DNA from: Vicugna vicugna
Lineage: Eukaryota
Length of the DNA: 64,000 nt
NCBI GenBank assembly: GCA_013265495.1
Contig: MU058718.1
Location: 1,116,001 to 1,180,000, forward strand
Direction: 5' to 3'
Both the position numbers and the translations under genes were made by a program. This document shows positions 39,000 to 52,309 of the stretch, in pieces (within the stretch, counting starts at the first letter, position 1; the number at the start of each line of letters is the position of its first letter). Below the pieces are notes generated by a model. That model had not been told where the DNA came from. It saw only the letters and a list, made by a program, of their open reading frames with translations, and did not search any database.

Positions 39000-40450
39000 T
39001 TGTTTTCCTAGCTATTAAACTTCTAAGCTCTATGTGAAAGCTTCCAAGGCAGACAGTTGTCACTATCTGTGTGGTATTGGTTGGTGATTAACCTTTGTTT
39101 GAGACTATTTTGAAAGCAGGCTTTGGATACTAGTGCTGCAGATTTGGACCCCTGACCCTCAGTTCTCAGACTCGGAGGGTGATTTCCAGGGCCGGTGTTA
39201 CAGTGTGATTGTCACGGCAGTGCAGTGCTGCTTCCACCCTAGGCTTCGGTCTAGAAAGTTTTGCAAGCTGGTAGATGGGGGGACTCTATGTGAAGTTATT
39301 AGGCAAAGTGCTCATTTCAGCTGTGTTCTCAGTGCTTTGGCGGCATGTGTCCTAGGTGAGTAACGGTGGCTAATTTGGTTCATGACAGTGCTTTGCAATC
39401 TGAATAATTGCCGGGGTGCTTGCTATTGAGTAACTCTCCTTTTCACATTTTGGACAATTAAAATTTTTTCTATATATCCGCACACAGTATATCCTAAAAT
39501 TTCTTCTTCACTTGAACCAGTACATTCAAAACACTCGGTCTCACTGTGGTCAGAAATCTTCTCTGAACCCTGCAAAGCTGTCGATGCTCTGGTTCAGCAC
39601 AGAGAAGTTTGTAACACACAGCCTGGAGGGAAGCTCTATTGGCCCCCTCACAAGCAGCCTCGTGTAATTACTCCTCCATTAAGCCTGCATGCAGACCACA
39701 CTGAGCTCAGCTATAGTCATCCTTCTTTGAAAAGAAAAAATAAAGTGGCCTTATTATAAACATGGGCTAGCTGAATTTTTTTGAGGGGCTTTTGCATTTT
39801 GGAGCCTTGTGGTTTTCTTCATCTATTTGATAATCATTAACATACACAACAGTTAACCTTCCAGCAACATGAAACTTTATATCTGAGCTTTGCAGCATCT
39901 GTCTTGAAATACAGACTGAGGTTTGCTGAGGCTGTTTTTATAATCACTGGTGGTAAAATCAGGAAGATGCAAATGGGCGTGTATTGAAGTGTAGTTCATC
40001 CAACATTCTAGACCTTAAATTAGAGTGATGAGCATAAACACTGCAAACAGAGTTTTTTTTTTCCCCAACTAAATTGCAATTATATTTTAAATTACCTACA
40101 ATTACCAGAAACCATCTCAAAGCTAGAAATTAACTTCTTAGGCACTGGTCCCAGCAGATCAGCTGTTAAATGGACCATCTTGTGTAGCTGACCTCCCACT
40201 CTAGTTTCACCCACAGGCAGCCTCACACAAATCAGGCAAGGCAGAGCCCCAGGGTGGAGCCCGAGTTTCACAGTCACGTGACAGGCGTCGGCCAGCAAGA
40301 TTGTGCTGCCATATTTTTACAACGTCCCAAATTACAGTTTCATCGAGGTTCATGACATTTTGCTGCAGTGCTGTACTTGTTTTCTTTTTGACAGCAAGTG
40401 ACCATTTTATTTTAGATTTTTAATTGAACTATTTTTATGCAGCAGGTTTT
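39000..40450. promoter_or_regulatory. Repeat-free island, candidate regulatory region or non-coding exon
   Basis: Retained CpGs; consensus splice donor ag/gtgagt at 39355/6; palindrome gtcacgtgac 40273-40282. Confidence 0.4.
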
Positions 40451-40899
40451 GTCATCTGGAATTTAGGGCATGGAATTGAATCCAGGAGCCACTGGGACTA
40501 TAGTCCTGGCTGGTCACCGTGTGACCTTGGTAAAAGTTCTTACCTTCTGGGCTTCAGAATGGTAGAATGGTAAGGGATGAGCAGTTGGGAAAGTGCTGGG
40601 TGTCCTCCCCTCAGAGCACCAGGCTAGTGGCCTAGATGCAGAGTTTGGTTCTTCCCCATTTGTGGTCAGTCCACTCCTTAGTCTCTGTTGCCACCTCCCT
40701 TTCAGTGAGAGGATGGGGGCCTTGGGGTCAGTCTTTGGTTACCCTGCCTGGCCAGTATACAACTCAGCACGTGGCTGACTTGAATTCAACATGGTAGAGT
40801 ATTTTGAAATGCTGAAATTTGTACTTAATAACTTTGGGAATGGATTAACTAGTTTAAACCTCATGGCCTCATGTTTCTCCAGAAATGCATAATGAGCCT

Positions 40900-41625
40900 C
40901 TTTTCTTTGAATTCAGTCTCTTGTCTTGAATCCACCCCCTAAACGTCCCCAAGTGATTTTTCTGAAATGCAAAGTAATGCTGATTTCCTTCTTAAAACCC
41001 TTTAACATTTCCACTTTGCCGAGAGCCATGCTGATTCGATCCCTGCCAACTTCTCTGCTGCACACTGCACTTCTGCAGCGTGCCATTATCTCCTTCTCTC
41101 CAGTGCGCCACTCTTGTGTTTGTGTAAAACACCTTGTTTCATGCTGCTGATTGTTTCTCGCTTGCTTCTCCACTTGACTAAATCTTTCAAACAATATTTA
41201 AGACTGTTTAGACTTGGATTGAATGGTTGTGTCCCTTCAAAATTCATACGTTGAAATCTTAACCCTTAAGGTGATGGTATCAGGAGGTACCTTTGGGAGA
41301 TGATGCCTTTGAGATGCAACTAGGCAGAGGCAGAGCCCTAGTGAACTGGATTAGAGCCTTTATAAAAGAGGCCCCAGAGAGATCCCTCGTCCCTTCCACC
41401 ATGTGAGGTTGCAGTGAAAAGACAGCCATCAGTGAGAAAGTGGACTCTCACCAAACACTAGATCTGCCAGTGCCGTGATCTTGGACTTCCTTGCCTCCAA
41501 GTGGGAGAAGTAAATTTTGTTGTTTATAAGCCCCTCCAGTTTATGTTATTTTGTTACAGCTGCCCAAACTAAGACAGACCACATCCTCCAAAAAGCCTCT
41601 CTGAAAGTCCCTACAGTATAGTAGA
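40900..41625 (+). mobile_element. L2 fragment split by MLT1A
   Basis: gtgatttttctgaaatgcaaa..cttcttaaaacccttt; resumes cacatcctccaaaaagcctctctga. Confidence 0.6.
41208..41576 (+). mobile_element. MaLR solo LTR (MLT1A-like)
   Basis: ggattgaatggttgtgtcccttcaaaattcatacgttgaaatc..tataaaagaggccccagagag..ttttgttacagctgcccaaactaagaca. Confidence 0.92.
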
Positions 41626-42289
41626 TGCTGCTTTTTAATTTATTAATAAAAATTTGAGTACCTAATATGCACTCTATAGTATTAATTAATGGGGTCAGTT
41701 TTCCCCATGAGTCCTTCTGCTCATCTCTAGGTGTCGGGGAAGAGAGGAGTGTCCAAAGAGGAGGAGTTTGATTTCCTGGTGCCAATGAGGAGGTGGCCAC
41801 ATGGGTGAGCTTTAGGGCATATTTGGGAGGCCTTCTCTGAAAGCTGGAGAAAGGTGAGGTAGAGCAAATAACTACAACCATTTTTCTCAACCTTGAACTC
41901 TATAAAGTTGAACTATGCAACTCAAGCCTAATGTAAAGGATGGTTTTGTACATTCTTTTGGACTCCATGTATATATTGGACTTCAGTAAGTTTGGTTAAT
42001 AATATGTTGGACCATCCTTCTTTATACTATTAATGATATAATACTGGAGTTACATTAAAATAGTTTTCATGATTTAGAGGATAAACTAGAAAGAGGACTC
42101 ATTTTGATTATACTTTGCCCTGTAAGTCGTATCAGTGACTTAAGTAATGTTTCTTTAACCCAACTTCTAGGGGATTTTTGAGGGATAGAAAGATTGGTGT
42201 AGAATTAAAAGGTGGTAAATGGCTGGGCTGAAATATCTACAGTCATATTCTATCAACAGGAACGCTTTTGGAGTCAAGAGAAAACCTAA

Positions 42290-42421
42290 CCAAACCCAGC
42301 CATAGCTGCAGGAGAGAAGGGAAGCAAATATTTGGCTTTTCTAGCCTCTATAATGAAGGATGCCAAAGGAGGTGGATTTGAGAATGTGAGTTGGGCTAAC
42401 TAACCAACGGCTTCTGCTACA
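42290..42421 (-). mobile_element. MLT1J-like LTR fragment
   Basis: tagctgcaggagagaagggaagcaaatatttggcttttctagcctctata..aaccaacggcttctgctaca. Confidence 0.6.
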
Positions 42422-43009
42422 TGTATGTCATTTAATTCTCTTGGAAGTCATTAAACTTCACCGACATTTATTAATGTCTTGCTCTTTAGGACTCTTTTAA
42501 AGTAAAGCTTGCAGAAATATGAAGTTGTACATCATTTATAAATTTCCCCAATTACCACAGCAATGTGCCTGTGTTGTCTTGGACAGGCCATTCTGTGCCT
42601 GGGGAAGCATTTGCCTGTGGTGTCAGGGAAAGTTTTTGAATCTGGTTGTTTGGATAGATTTGGAAAAAGTGCAAACAAAAATATCTATCCTTGGTTTAAT
42701 CTTTCACTCTTGTTTATTCATGGGTGCTTCTAAGAGCTTTTGCAAGTAAACCTTCCAAATCTTAAACTAAGTGTGGTAGGCAAACTGTCCCAGAGTTTAC
42801 GGTTTATACCACCGATCAAGAATAATAACAATCCATTAATTCTGATGAGGTAACCTCATGAAAGGGGGCACATGGAATAAACAAGAGAGATTCTAGCAAG
42901 TTTGAAAACTTGAAGCCACATTGTCTTTTCTCTGTGGCAGTATGTCCACAGACACCTCTTTGGTTCAAGAATACATGTGGCAGGATATGGTACGATATAG
43001 TTGGCCTAA

Positions 43010-43590
43010 GGGCAGTACAGATGAATGTTTAAGAGGTGAGCTCTGGAGCCAGACTATCTAAGCTCAAGTCCTACTTCTATAGCTTACTAGCTGTGTGTCC
43101 TAAGACAGGTTACTTAAATTCTCTGTGCCTCCAAGTGGGGCAATAATAGCTAATATATATATAAATATATGTGAATCGTTAAAAACAAATTCCCATTACA
43201 CTGTACACTATAATTGATTACTGTTCGTTTTTGCTGTTATATAATGGTATTACGTAACAGTAATGCCCACCAGGGCAAGCAGATTCTTTACTTCTTCACC
43301 TTTCCCTTCCTGCAGGTGTGTGTTCCTTCTGGATATTTCCCTGTTACAGAGGAAGCACTCATAAATACTTGGTAATGTTCAAGTGCTTCAGAGGTAGTCG
43401 TACTCCATCACTTTGTGTGCACTGGCTCATGCACCATGTATTAGTATCACAATTTCACAGAAAGAAAATGAAACTGAGCAGAGAGGTAAAGGAACTTGTC
43501 CAAGCCACACAACTAGTAAAGGAGTTAGACTTAGAACTCAGGTATTTGGGACTCCAAGGCCTGTACTTATTCCCATTGTGGCATTATTGA
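43010..43590. mobile_element. Two MIRs in opposite orientation (~43010-43155 +, ~43430-43590 -)
   Basis: ctctggagccagactatct..ttactagctgtgtgtcc..ctctgtgcctc; tttcacagaaagaaaatgaaactgagcagagaggtaaaggaacttgtccaag. Confidence 0.75.
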
Positions 43591-43839
43591 ATTGAGTTAT
43601 GAAGTTTAAATTAGCTTTTTATGTACATATGTGTCTGTCTGGATGTAATTTCTCATGCTCTGATGGAAAGGTGTTAGTCATCGACATCTTTTAGAACATC
43701 TGCACAACTCATGATCATCTTCGTTTTCTGAAAACTATTTCAGGGTCCTGATAAAGGAGGCCCCAAAGGCTACATAAACGTAGTGTTTATAAAGTGTGAT
43801 TAGCATCCAGTAAAATTTTAGCTGCTATTGTATTGTTAC

Positions 43840-44280
43840 AAGAACCCACCTTCTCTGGCCAAGGATGAATGGACACTTGACCCAAGCTGGATCAGTTGGA
43901 TTCTCTCAAGAATTTGAAAATTAGATTCTGAGGTAGCTGAGTAAATATAGTACTCCACTGGACCTGAGCTGATGGAAGTTCAAGAGCAGTGAAGTATCCA
44001 TCTCACCACAAGTTTGGGAAAGGCATGGAATGCAGTGCTGCAGAGAGGAGAATGGAGGAGATGAGAAAAGGGAAGCAGAGGCAAGAAGTGAGAGGTGGAG
44101 GCAAGTACTTCCTGGGAGACATGCAGCTTCTCAGGTCTCAGTGCTAGTTCCCTTTGAAATTCCTGCCTTAGATGTTTGTGAGAAACCCTGTACCCTTTTA
44201 TAATTTACCTGTATCTTATTACCCTTGTTAGCTAACTGAAGTTGGCTTTTGCCATCAACAACTACAACAGTCTCAGTGAA
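43840..44280 (+). mobile_element. Old MLT1 (K/L-like) LTR
   Basis: ggacacttgacccaagctggatcagttggattctctc..tagctaactgaagttggcttttgcc. Confidence 0.6.
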
Positions 44281-45039
44281 GGCCATTTGATTGGGGTGGA
44301 CATTGTATTTATTGACTGAAGTAAGTGTTTTAGATTATTTGGGGGCTCTATTTATTATACTCTTTCCTTTACTCCCATAGATTAAAAGTTGACCTGTCCC
44401 ATGCCATAAATTTAATTCAAGTACCCTAACACACAGTTAAGAAAGTTCCCTCTTTCTCTTGTCAATTGCTAAATCTCAGCAAAAAATATACAACATTGCT
44501 TCTCAACACAAAATATCTGGATCCGGGTGTGTGTGTGTGTGTTTAGATACCTAGGGTTGTATTTTATTCTTGTGGAAATCTCTTTTCCAGCAAGTTCTAA
44601 ATGCTTTGTGCTCAGCCTTGCCTGTTCCCCCTGAGCAGTGAGAATCATACTAAAGCTCCCAGCCCAGAGAAGAGTCCAGGTAGAGAGGATATCCATCCTG
44701 AGGTTCCTGAGTAGCATCTCTATGTGACTTCCATGGCCAGAGATTCTGAGGCAGGTGACAGAAGGAAGTTTTTGGAAAATTCATTCAAAGTTCTATAGGC
44801 CCCCATTTTTCGTACTGGGAATAGGACAGAAAGAGATTTAAATGGATATTGTCCCTAGAACTCAGGCCATTCTACATATGACTTCTTATTCCAAGAGGTG
44901 TCTTAAGACTTTAAAAATAATTTAAAAAACATATTATGTACAGAGGATTTTTCTTTTAAGAAACAGCCTTCAAGCACAATGGTTCTTAATCAGTGATATG
45001 TTTCAAGGTGACCTGAGAAGCTTTCTTTGAAATACACTT

Positions 45040-45860
45040 GCCATCTGAGAGTAGGGAAGACAGATGTTCTTATTCAGTGTGGGTGGGCGTATAAATCAGT
45101 GTCATCTTTTTGGAGGGCAATTCAATAATGTCCATCAAAAATTTAAATGTATATATGAAGTAATCTGACTTAGGTAGGAATTTATTCCATCAGTGTACTC
45201 ACACAGATGCCCAGATACATATTTAAAAGAATATTTGCTGAAGCATTGTTAGTAAATGGGAAAAATACTTGGAATATTATAAAGCCACTATGAGGGAGAT
45301 TTTATATAATATAGGTAAATCCTATGGAAAGGTGGTCAAAACAATTAAGTGAATAAAGCAATTTGCAGAATATTGTAATAATTCCATCTATATTTAAAAT
45401 ATTAACTAAAGGAGAGAGATGGTTTGTGTCTTCTTTTTGGTACATGTATATATAGGCTTATATGCAAAAAAAGCTTCTGAAAGAATGTATAAGCTGTCAA
45501 GAGAGTTACCGCAGGAGAGTAAGAATATGTTGTCTTAAAAAGAACTTCTAAAAAGTATTTTATGCTGATTTTGTTACTTGCAACCAAAATAGCCTCAGTG
45601 AAGACAGTTTGGCTGGGATGGGCATTGTAGTTACTGATTGAAATGAGTTTTTTAGATTATCAGGCTAATTGAAAAATACAAAACCAATTCAGGTTTACTG
45701 TAAAAAAGCATTTCAAACAATACAGAGTTATAAATAAGACAAAGGAGAATTTCCCCTTTCCTCATTTCCCACTCAAATTTCTCTTTCAGAAGGTACTTTT
45801 TATGTGTACCCTGCTGTCTTGTTTTGTTTGTTTTTACTGTGAGCATGTATAAGTTTCATC
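45040..45860. mobile_element. L1ME 3' fragments, flanked by MER5-like halves (~44975-45040, ~45880-46000)
   Basis: gggcgtataaatcagtgtcatctttttggagggcaattt..taggaatttattcc; caatggttcttaatc / tgattctgatgtaca..aaaaccacg. Confidence 0.6.
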
Positions 45861-46218
45861 TATAATAATCATAGTTCACTTTTCTAGGCTCTTACTAAAA
45901 TCTATTGAATCAGAAAGTGTAAGGATTTAGGTTAGGCATATATATTTTTAAATAATTGCCTGTTTGATTCTGATGTACATTCCTGTTAAAACCACGCTAG
46001 CTAGACTATATTCTGGATCTTAAATGCCAACATGACCTCAGATAAAATTCAATTTTCTGTCATGGAGGGGGTTTCTCATCTCTAAGAATCTGGGGTGCTT
46101 TATAAGCATGAGTAAACAGAAGTTTTCAAAAGAAGGGCCTATCCCCATGATACTCTGAAAAAATTAGTGGTTGAATTTACCTTATTTAGTAGGAACTGAA
46201 TCATGGTTTCATGCTGGG

Positions 46219-46412
46219 CAGGGATAGCAACTGTATGGTTTTCATACCTCTGTTGTCCACCCTACTGTACCCTGCAGACATTGCTAATCAATCTTCACAC
46301 TTCTTAGCTTTCACATAGCTTAGAATTTTTTTTATCAGAACCCAATATTCCAAATAACTGCCATGCATCTTTGAGTTGACATGCCAGGTGAAATCTATTG
46401 CAGTGGCCTCCT
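46219..46412. mobile_element. hAT-Charlie MITE (MER117-like)
   Basis: cagggatagcaa..gcagacattgctaatcaatc..gagttgacatgccaggtgaaatctatt..cctg. Confidence 0.5.
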
Positions 46413-46419
46413 GTTTATG

Positions 46420-46945
46420 ATCTTTCTAGCACCTTTCTCCACTTTTTCAGAGTACAAAATCCCTCTTTCCTATAAGCAACCCATTCCATATGAGTCTCAT
46501 CAGTCCGATAATACTCCCTCCTCCAGCAACAGAAGTGGCAGCATCACCTAAGTTACTTCAGTAAATTAGAGAGCTCGTCCTATAGGCTACCCTGATTGTT
46601 ACAGGGATGGTTCATGATCAACTCAGATCAGTAAATTCTTTCCTGGGACTTCCTTGGAGTTACTTGGGGGAAAAAACAAAACAAAACAAAACGTGTTTCT
46701 CCCTTTGGGGATTATTATGCTTTTATAGAATTTGAGTCTTCAACTTCCAGCTGTCATTTTGTTGGTGATCTGGAGGGGACCTGTCAAAGAATTAGAGAGT
46801 GAGATTGAGCCCTGATACTGTTATTTATGATCCTTGATCCAGGTGAATCTCCTAACCGTCTATTTATGAGTTAATAAATTCCCTTTATTTGCCTACATTT
46901 TTGAGTTAGTTTAATACCACCTGCAATAAAGAATCTTTATTAATA
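46420..46945 (+). mobile_element. Old MLT1 LTR
   Basis: tgattgttacagggatggttcatgatcaact..ttaataaattccctttattt..ctgcaataaagaatc. Confidence 0.6.
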
Positions 46946-47261
46946 TGCCTATTCCCCTTCCTTATCCCTGGGTGTGAGAATCTCTTTTTGAGCTTTTTTG
47001 TTTGTTTGCTTTCCCCTAATTCTCTATCCTTTCTATTTATGAGCCTCCACATTTCTGGATTTGGTTCCTATATTTGAGAATGGGACATCGAAAAGCTAGA
47101 GAAGGTAGGCGATGATGCTTTGTTGTTATTGTCATTACCAAGGTGAAAGCAAGAAATTGCAATTGTAAATCAATTTTATTAGAATTAGAATCAGGGGTGA
47201 ATTAGAATCTTAATCTTAATAGGCCATGAAAAGAACTATTGGCCAGACCATTCATAGAACC

Positions 47262-47420
47262 ATAGAATCTTAAAGGAAGAAGACACCGAGCAATTTAGTA
47301 TTCTCATTTTACAAAAGAGAAAACTGAGACCCAGAAGGTTAATCCATTTGTCCAAGGTCACAGAGTCAAGCCTGTAATCCAGGTCTCCCTGGCTTTATCT
47401 GGTGTTCTTTCACTGCATCA
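47262..47420 (-). mobile_element. MIR relic
   Basis: ctcattttacaaaagagaaaactgagacccagaagg..tgtccaaggtcacag. Confidence 0.8.
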
Positions 47421-48097
47421 TATTACCTTTATTCTGGGTCCAAAACAGTCAGACTGAGTCATAAAACAACTAGATGTAATGTACAAAATTCATTAGCATC
47501 ATGGAGAGGAGGAAAATCAATGAATGAGCAGTCTCATTAATTCAGCATTTAAAACAACTACATTACAGTAAAGCAGCAGAAGAAAATAAGCAGACCACGT
47601 TAGACATAACCTCATACTTGACTAAACTGAAGTTTTTCCATGCATGATTCAAAGTCCAGATTTCTTCAATCTTCCAAACTTGTTGTCCTTACTCTTTGCA
47701 GAGTTGAGGAAAATTTATGAAAGTTTCCTCCCAATCCTGCCATGCTAAATACATACAGATAGAATAAAGATTTCCTCTTAAAATGAAGCTCCTGTAGAAA
47801 GAACTACACCGATAAACTATTCGTGGTGTATTTGCAAGTGAATAATAGATGATTGACAATTCACAAAAAGTCCACGTTTATATCCTGAGGGGTTTTTTGT
47901 TGTTGTTGTTAGCTCCTTTAATTCCTCAGAGAGATATGTGACCTGTAGAGCAATGAATCATTTCATTCCAAATACATAGAATCATGGAATTTGGGGTGAG
48001 AGGGTTATTTAGAAACTGCTTAGTTCAACATTTATTGATGAGGAGCCTAAGACCCAGGGAGATTAATTGAGTGTATGTAACCCTGGGCAGGGAACTG

Positions 48098-48161
48098 TTA
48101 TGAATTCTTCTATAATGTCATCTGAAATTTTATGAATCTTTCTATAATGGCATCTGAAATT
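48098..48161. repeat. 32-bp tandem duplication
   Basis: ttatgaattcttctataatgtcatctgaaatt / ttatgaatctttctataatggcatctgaaatt. Confidence 0.9.
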
Positions 48162-50274
48162 AACTTTTTCTTGAAAATGTGATTGTTCATGAAAAATTTG
48201 AAACTTGATAGCAAGTAAGAAAGTATATCAAAATATTATTTTATATATTAAATATGTAAATGAAATGAAAATATTGTTTATTTGAGTGCTTAATTAAGCT
48301 AAAATATTTTTCTTATTTTCCACTTCCTTTCCCAACCACACTCCAAAAAGCCACAGTAATTATTCCAACAGCATTTTCTCCCCATATGTAATATTTTACA
48401 ATCTGATGTTAGGGGATTCAGACAACACATTCTCATAAAGTATTTTGTTTAATATGCACTTAGCCTTACAATGTTGCTTATATATAATAAAGCATTTGGT
48501 CGAATAGTCCCCCATATTGACATATGCAGAATTCCAGAACAGTCTGAACACCTCCTAAGAATCTTTGTGGTCTGACTGATGAAATTAAGCATGTCATACA
48601 CATGAAAAACTCATGGCAAAGGTAACCTCTGGATGCAGCAAGCACACTGGGTCGCCAAACCTCAGAAACAAAGATAAAAAAGGACTTCTCCCTTGCTCTG
48701 CCTCACAAGAGGAGACAGCTCTTGGAATGGAGAAAAATAATTAGAAAATATAGTAAGTATCTTAACCCAAGGACAGCCAAATAGAGGAAACAGATGTCCA
48801 TTACCTAGTTCTGTATTTTCCATCTTTCAGGTGGAAAAGAAAGCCAGACTTGTGGGTATTTGCAAGCCTTATGTGTCCCAAGTTATTGTCTCCCAAACCA
48901 CAGAGAGGGGAGTCTCAGACACAAGAGTCAATAGAGTTGCCCCAGAAGCTTCTAGCTGAAAACCTAGGTCTAGAGGTGTTTTTGTTTTGTTTTGTTTTGG
49001 GGTTTGTTTTTTTTTTGAAGTTGCTTTTTTATTCTAATGAAACTTAAATAAGACCTTAGAAAGTCTGTGAAACCAAAATACTTTTTCTTTGAACAGTGTC
49101 AGTTCGTTATAATATTTACTCTGTCTGGCTTCTGCTAGATACTAGGGCTAAAAATAAAATTTCACTTTTTAAATTCATTTTAAAGGACAAATAGCCTGAG
49201 TACAATGGATATAGAAAGATGTTCGCTGTAGCATTTGTTACAGTAGCAAAAAATTGGTGAAACAACCTGAGCAACTATTAATAAGGGGTTTGCAGAATTA
49301 TGTTGTAACCGTACAGAAAAAATGTTATACGTCCATTTTAAAAAATATCCTATGGAAATTTGTTCTAATTTTCAGTTGGATGAGATGGCAAAGGTAAAAT
49401 ATGTGCTTTCAGAAAGTAGTTTTAGGGGAAGGAGTTAACATGAAATGCTTTTCTTCTTTCTTGTTTAATCTCCTGGGTAAAGAAATTCTGTGCTGCAACA
49501 AGGCCGGCGGGGCTCCCATATGAGAAGTTGTTTCTCTAATATTTGCAAGACTGACCAACCTAAGTCATTAAATCAAGGAGTGCCCCAGCTGGGCATAATT
49601 ATTCTATTTGGATGGGGGCTTGGTAGACTGAGTTATCTTTAGCATCTACCAGGGCACCTTGCTGGTGACTCTGTAATGTGGGATACTTGATTCAGGACAT
49701 TGAAAACAAGAGGCATTGATTTAGAAACAAAAAGAATCTATATATAGGTTTACTTAAATTTATCTTTGCCTATTTATCAATTATTACAACATGCACAATG
49801 CAGATAAGGCCTACTTAAATCACCAGTAGTTTACAAATGACAGTTAATAAACTAGTCAAATCTTCACTATCTAGAGGCAAAGTCTCACTTTGAATTCTGG
49901 CCCCTTTTTGTTTGTTTTCTTTCTATCTCCAATATTTGCAGTCTGTTTCTTAGGCTTTATCCTTGGTTTTCATCTTTCAGCTGCAGGATTTATCCCATCC
50001 TCTCTGTACTTTCTCAAGATCCAGTTGTTACAGAATAAGGACTTTGCACTCAACTGTAGAAAAGTTATATGATGCTGCCACCATCACGATTTCACTGCTC
50101 TCTTTTGACCTTAATAATTTGTTCATCACTTTACTCTGTGTGGGTGTGGCAACTGTTCATTCATTTATTCATCATTTATGGAGTACCTATTTTGTACCAT
50201 GTCTTCATGTGCAAAGAATAGATTTGGTTTGTGCCCTTTGCCATAAAACAAGTCTCCTAAGTTACAGAGGCTTG

Positions 50275-50885
50275 AAAATAATTCAGGATATATTCTCTTA
50301 AAGCAACAGATTTAAAATAAAAAATACTAAGCTGTCTAAAAAAATCCTCAAGTATTTGAAAATTAAGCAATGCACTTCTAAATAATTTATGGATCAAAGA
50401 AGAAGTTACAAAGGAAACTAGAAAATATTTTAAACTAAGTGATAAAGAGAATATTGCAGATTAGAAGGAAACAGCTAAAGCATTGTATAGAGGGAAACTT
50501 ATACTTTTAAATGTTTCTATTAGAAAGGGATAAAGATTTGAAATCAATAATCCACACTTCCACCTTAGGATGACAGAAAAAGAAGAGGAAATTGAAACAA
50601 AATTAAGTAGAAGAATTAAACTAATAAAGGTAAGAATGATACAGAAAATAGACAAAAAATAGAGAAAAGTAACAAAGTCAAAAATTGGTTCTTTGAAAAT
50701 ATTAAAACAATTGATAAAAACATAGTAAGACAAAGAGAATAAAGAGAGAAAATACAAATCATGGTTGCCAGGAATTAAAGAGAGAAGTCATCACTATAGA
50801 TCCTGGAGGCATTAAAAGGATAGTAAAGACTGTTATGAACAATTTTATGCAAATAATTTCAAGAACATAGAGAAATAGCAAATCA
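50275..50885 (+). mobile_element. Old L1M ORF2 fragment (post-endonuclease region)
   Basis: cacttctaaataatttatggatcaaagaagaa..agagggaaacttatact..aaaattggttctttgaaaa. Confidence 0.85.
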
Positions 50886-50889
50886 AAAG

Positions 50890-52280
50890 TAGTATGTTAT
50901 CCTTGAGATATTGCAGAGATTTTTGACATTATCACAGACTTGAAAGATACAGGAATGTTTACTCCTTCCAACTCCATGTAAATGTCCCAGGCAGTTGACC
51001 TGTGAAGACAACGAATCATCTTGGGGAATATCAGTGGATTCTTGAGAAATTAATTAGGTAGTAACTTCAGTCAGCTGCTTTCCTAGATGTGGGTTCTGCC
51101 TAGTTTGCTACAGGACTGCCTATCGTGAATTGAGTGTTATCTGTCAAGCCATAAAGTTGAGTGTGCCCGGTAGCACTTCTTCCCCAAGGGCAAGTGGAAC
51201 ACAGGAGACTGAGCTCAGGCAGGCCTAAAGGTACCAGTAAACTGTATGAGCAGGTGGTGCACACTCTGTGTTCCTACCCTTGATGCTTAGCCACATATCC
51301 TTCAACCACTGAATCCCACCCACAAGGGTGGGAGGAGCACCCTATGACCAGTAGAATAAGGAAACAAAACATTAAACCTGATTTATGGACGATTATGTAC
51401 TCTATGCAGACTGCTGTGCTTATTAACCTCAATTGTGTGTTATGATAGTACAACAATGAAGAGAAATTCTCCCTGTGGGCAGAATTATAAGTGGTACATC
51501 TTTTTGTTCACATTTCCTAGAAAGACAGATGTCCTGTGTTATGAATCTAAATTGATTTCATAGTCAGTGGTTAATGGTTGGATGGGCAGAGACTAAAAGG
51601 GAGCAATACTGGAGATTGACTGTAAGAAGGTCTAGAGGCAGGGTAAATGGATAGAACCTCCTGACCTCCCAAGGGTGGTTGGAAGGAGTAATCCACCCCA
51701 GGTACAAACAACTTTTACAATGTAAATCAGAAGATTTTTTGAGGAGGAGTGTTGCATCACTAACATTGTTTAGAGTTGCCAGCACATGATGCTATTAAAA
51801 AGGAGGCTAATTTATAGTTGGCTTTATTATTATTTTAAAATTATCTGCAATCAATGTACCCTCTTATCACCTGCACCTGGTGAGCCACTCCCATTGTCCT
51901 GCCTTTGACCCAGAGTGTGACAGTATTTGTACTCATGAATGCTTACCAAGGGCCCTCACAACTGAGGACTTTCTCAATAATCACATGGGCAAAGGATGGA
52001 CATAATGACCCGTGCCATGGATGTCAGTCAGCAGCCACTTTCCTTGGCCCCTCCAGTGATTGCTCAATGAGCTCATGGAAAGTATGGCAGTAGGGATGGA
52101 AGTTATGAGTGGGATCTGGTTCCTGCCGCTGCATAGTGCCCAGTGTACCAACAGTAGATATCAACACTCAGCCCTGTGACGTCACCATACCTCAGTATCA
52201 CTAGCTAGCCACCTGGTGGCAGAATAATGATACTGGGCTCCTACTGGTGATGGGGGCAAGAATGTATTCCCATTGCAAGA
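50890..52280 (+). mobile_element. LTR-less, internally deleted ERV-L pol fragment (RT start, RNase H region, integrase start)
   Basis: gcagagatt..gacttgaaagatacagga parallels 23950-23990; 51110-51260 parallels 24960-25115; gccacctggtggcag = ATWWQ integrase motif. Confidence 0.8.
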
Positions 52281-52309
52281 CAGTCTTATATGAAACTGCT
52301 TTGTTTAAA

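Noticed and set aside
43291..43377. Strong acceptor tttcccttcctgcag and weak donor (56-nt exon)
   Set aside because: Lies in what looks like an L2 3' remnant between MIRs; no supporting frame
48098..48161. Short direct repeats as CRISPR-like array (also 13124-13175, 19973-20002)
   Set aside because: Adjacent copies without spacers; ordinary slippage duplications in mammalian DNA
48811..48860. Acceptor-like ttttccatctttcag/gtgg
   Set aside because: No convincing downstream donor or known peptide
51665..51905. Non-ERV segment within ERV-L fragment
   Set aside because: Probably a decayed DNA-transposon MITE; family and ends cannot be supported by eye
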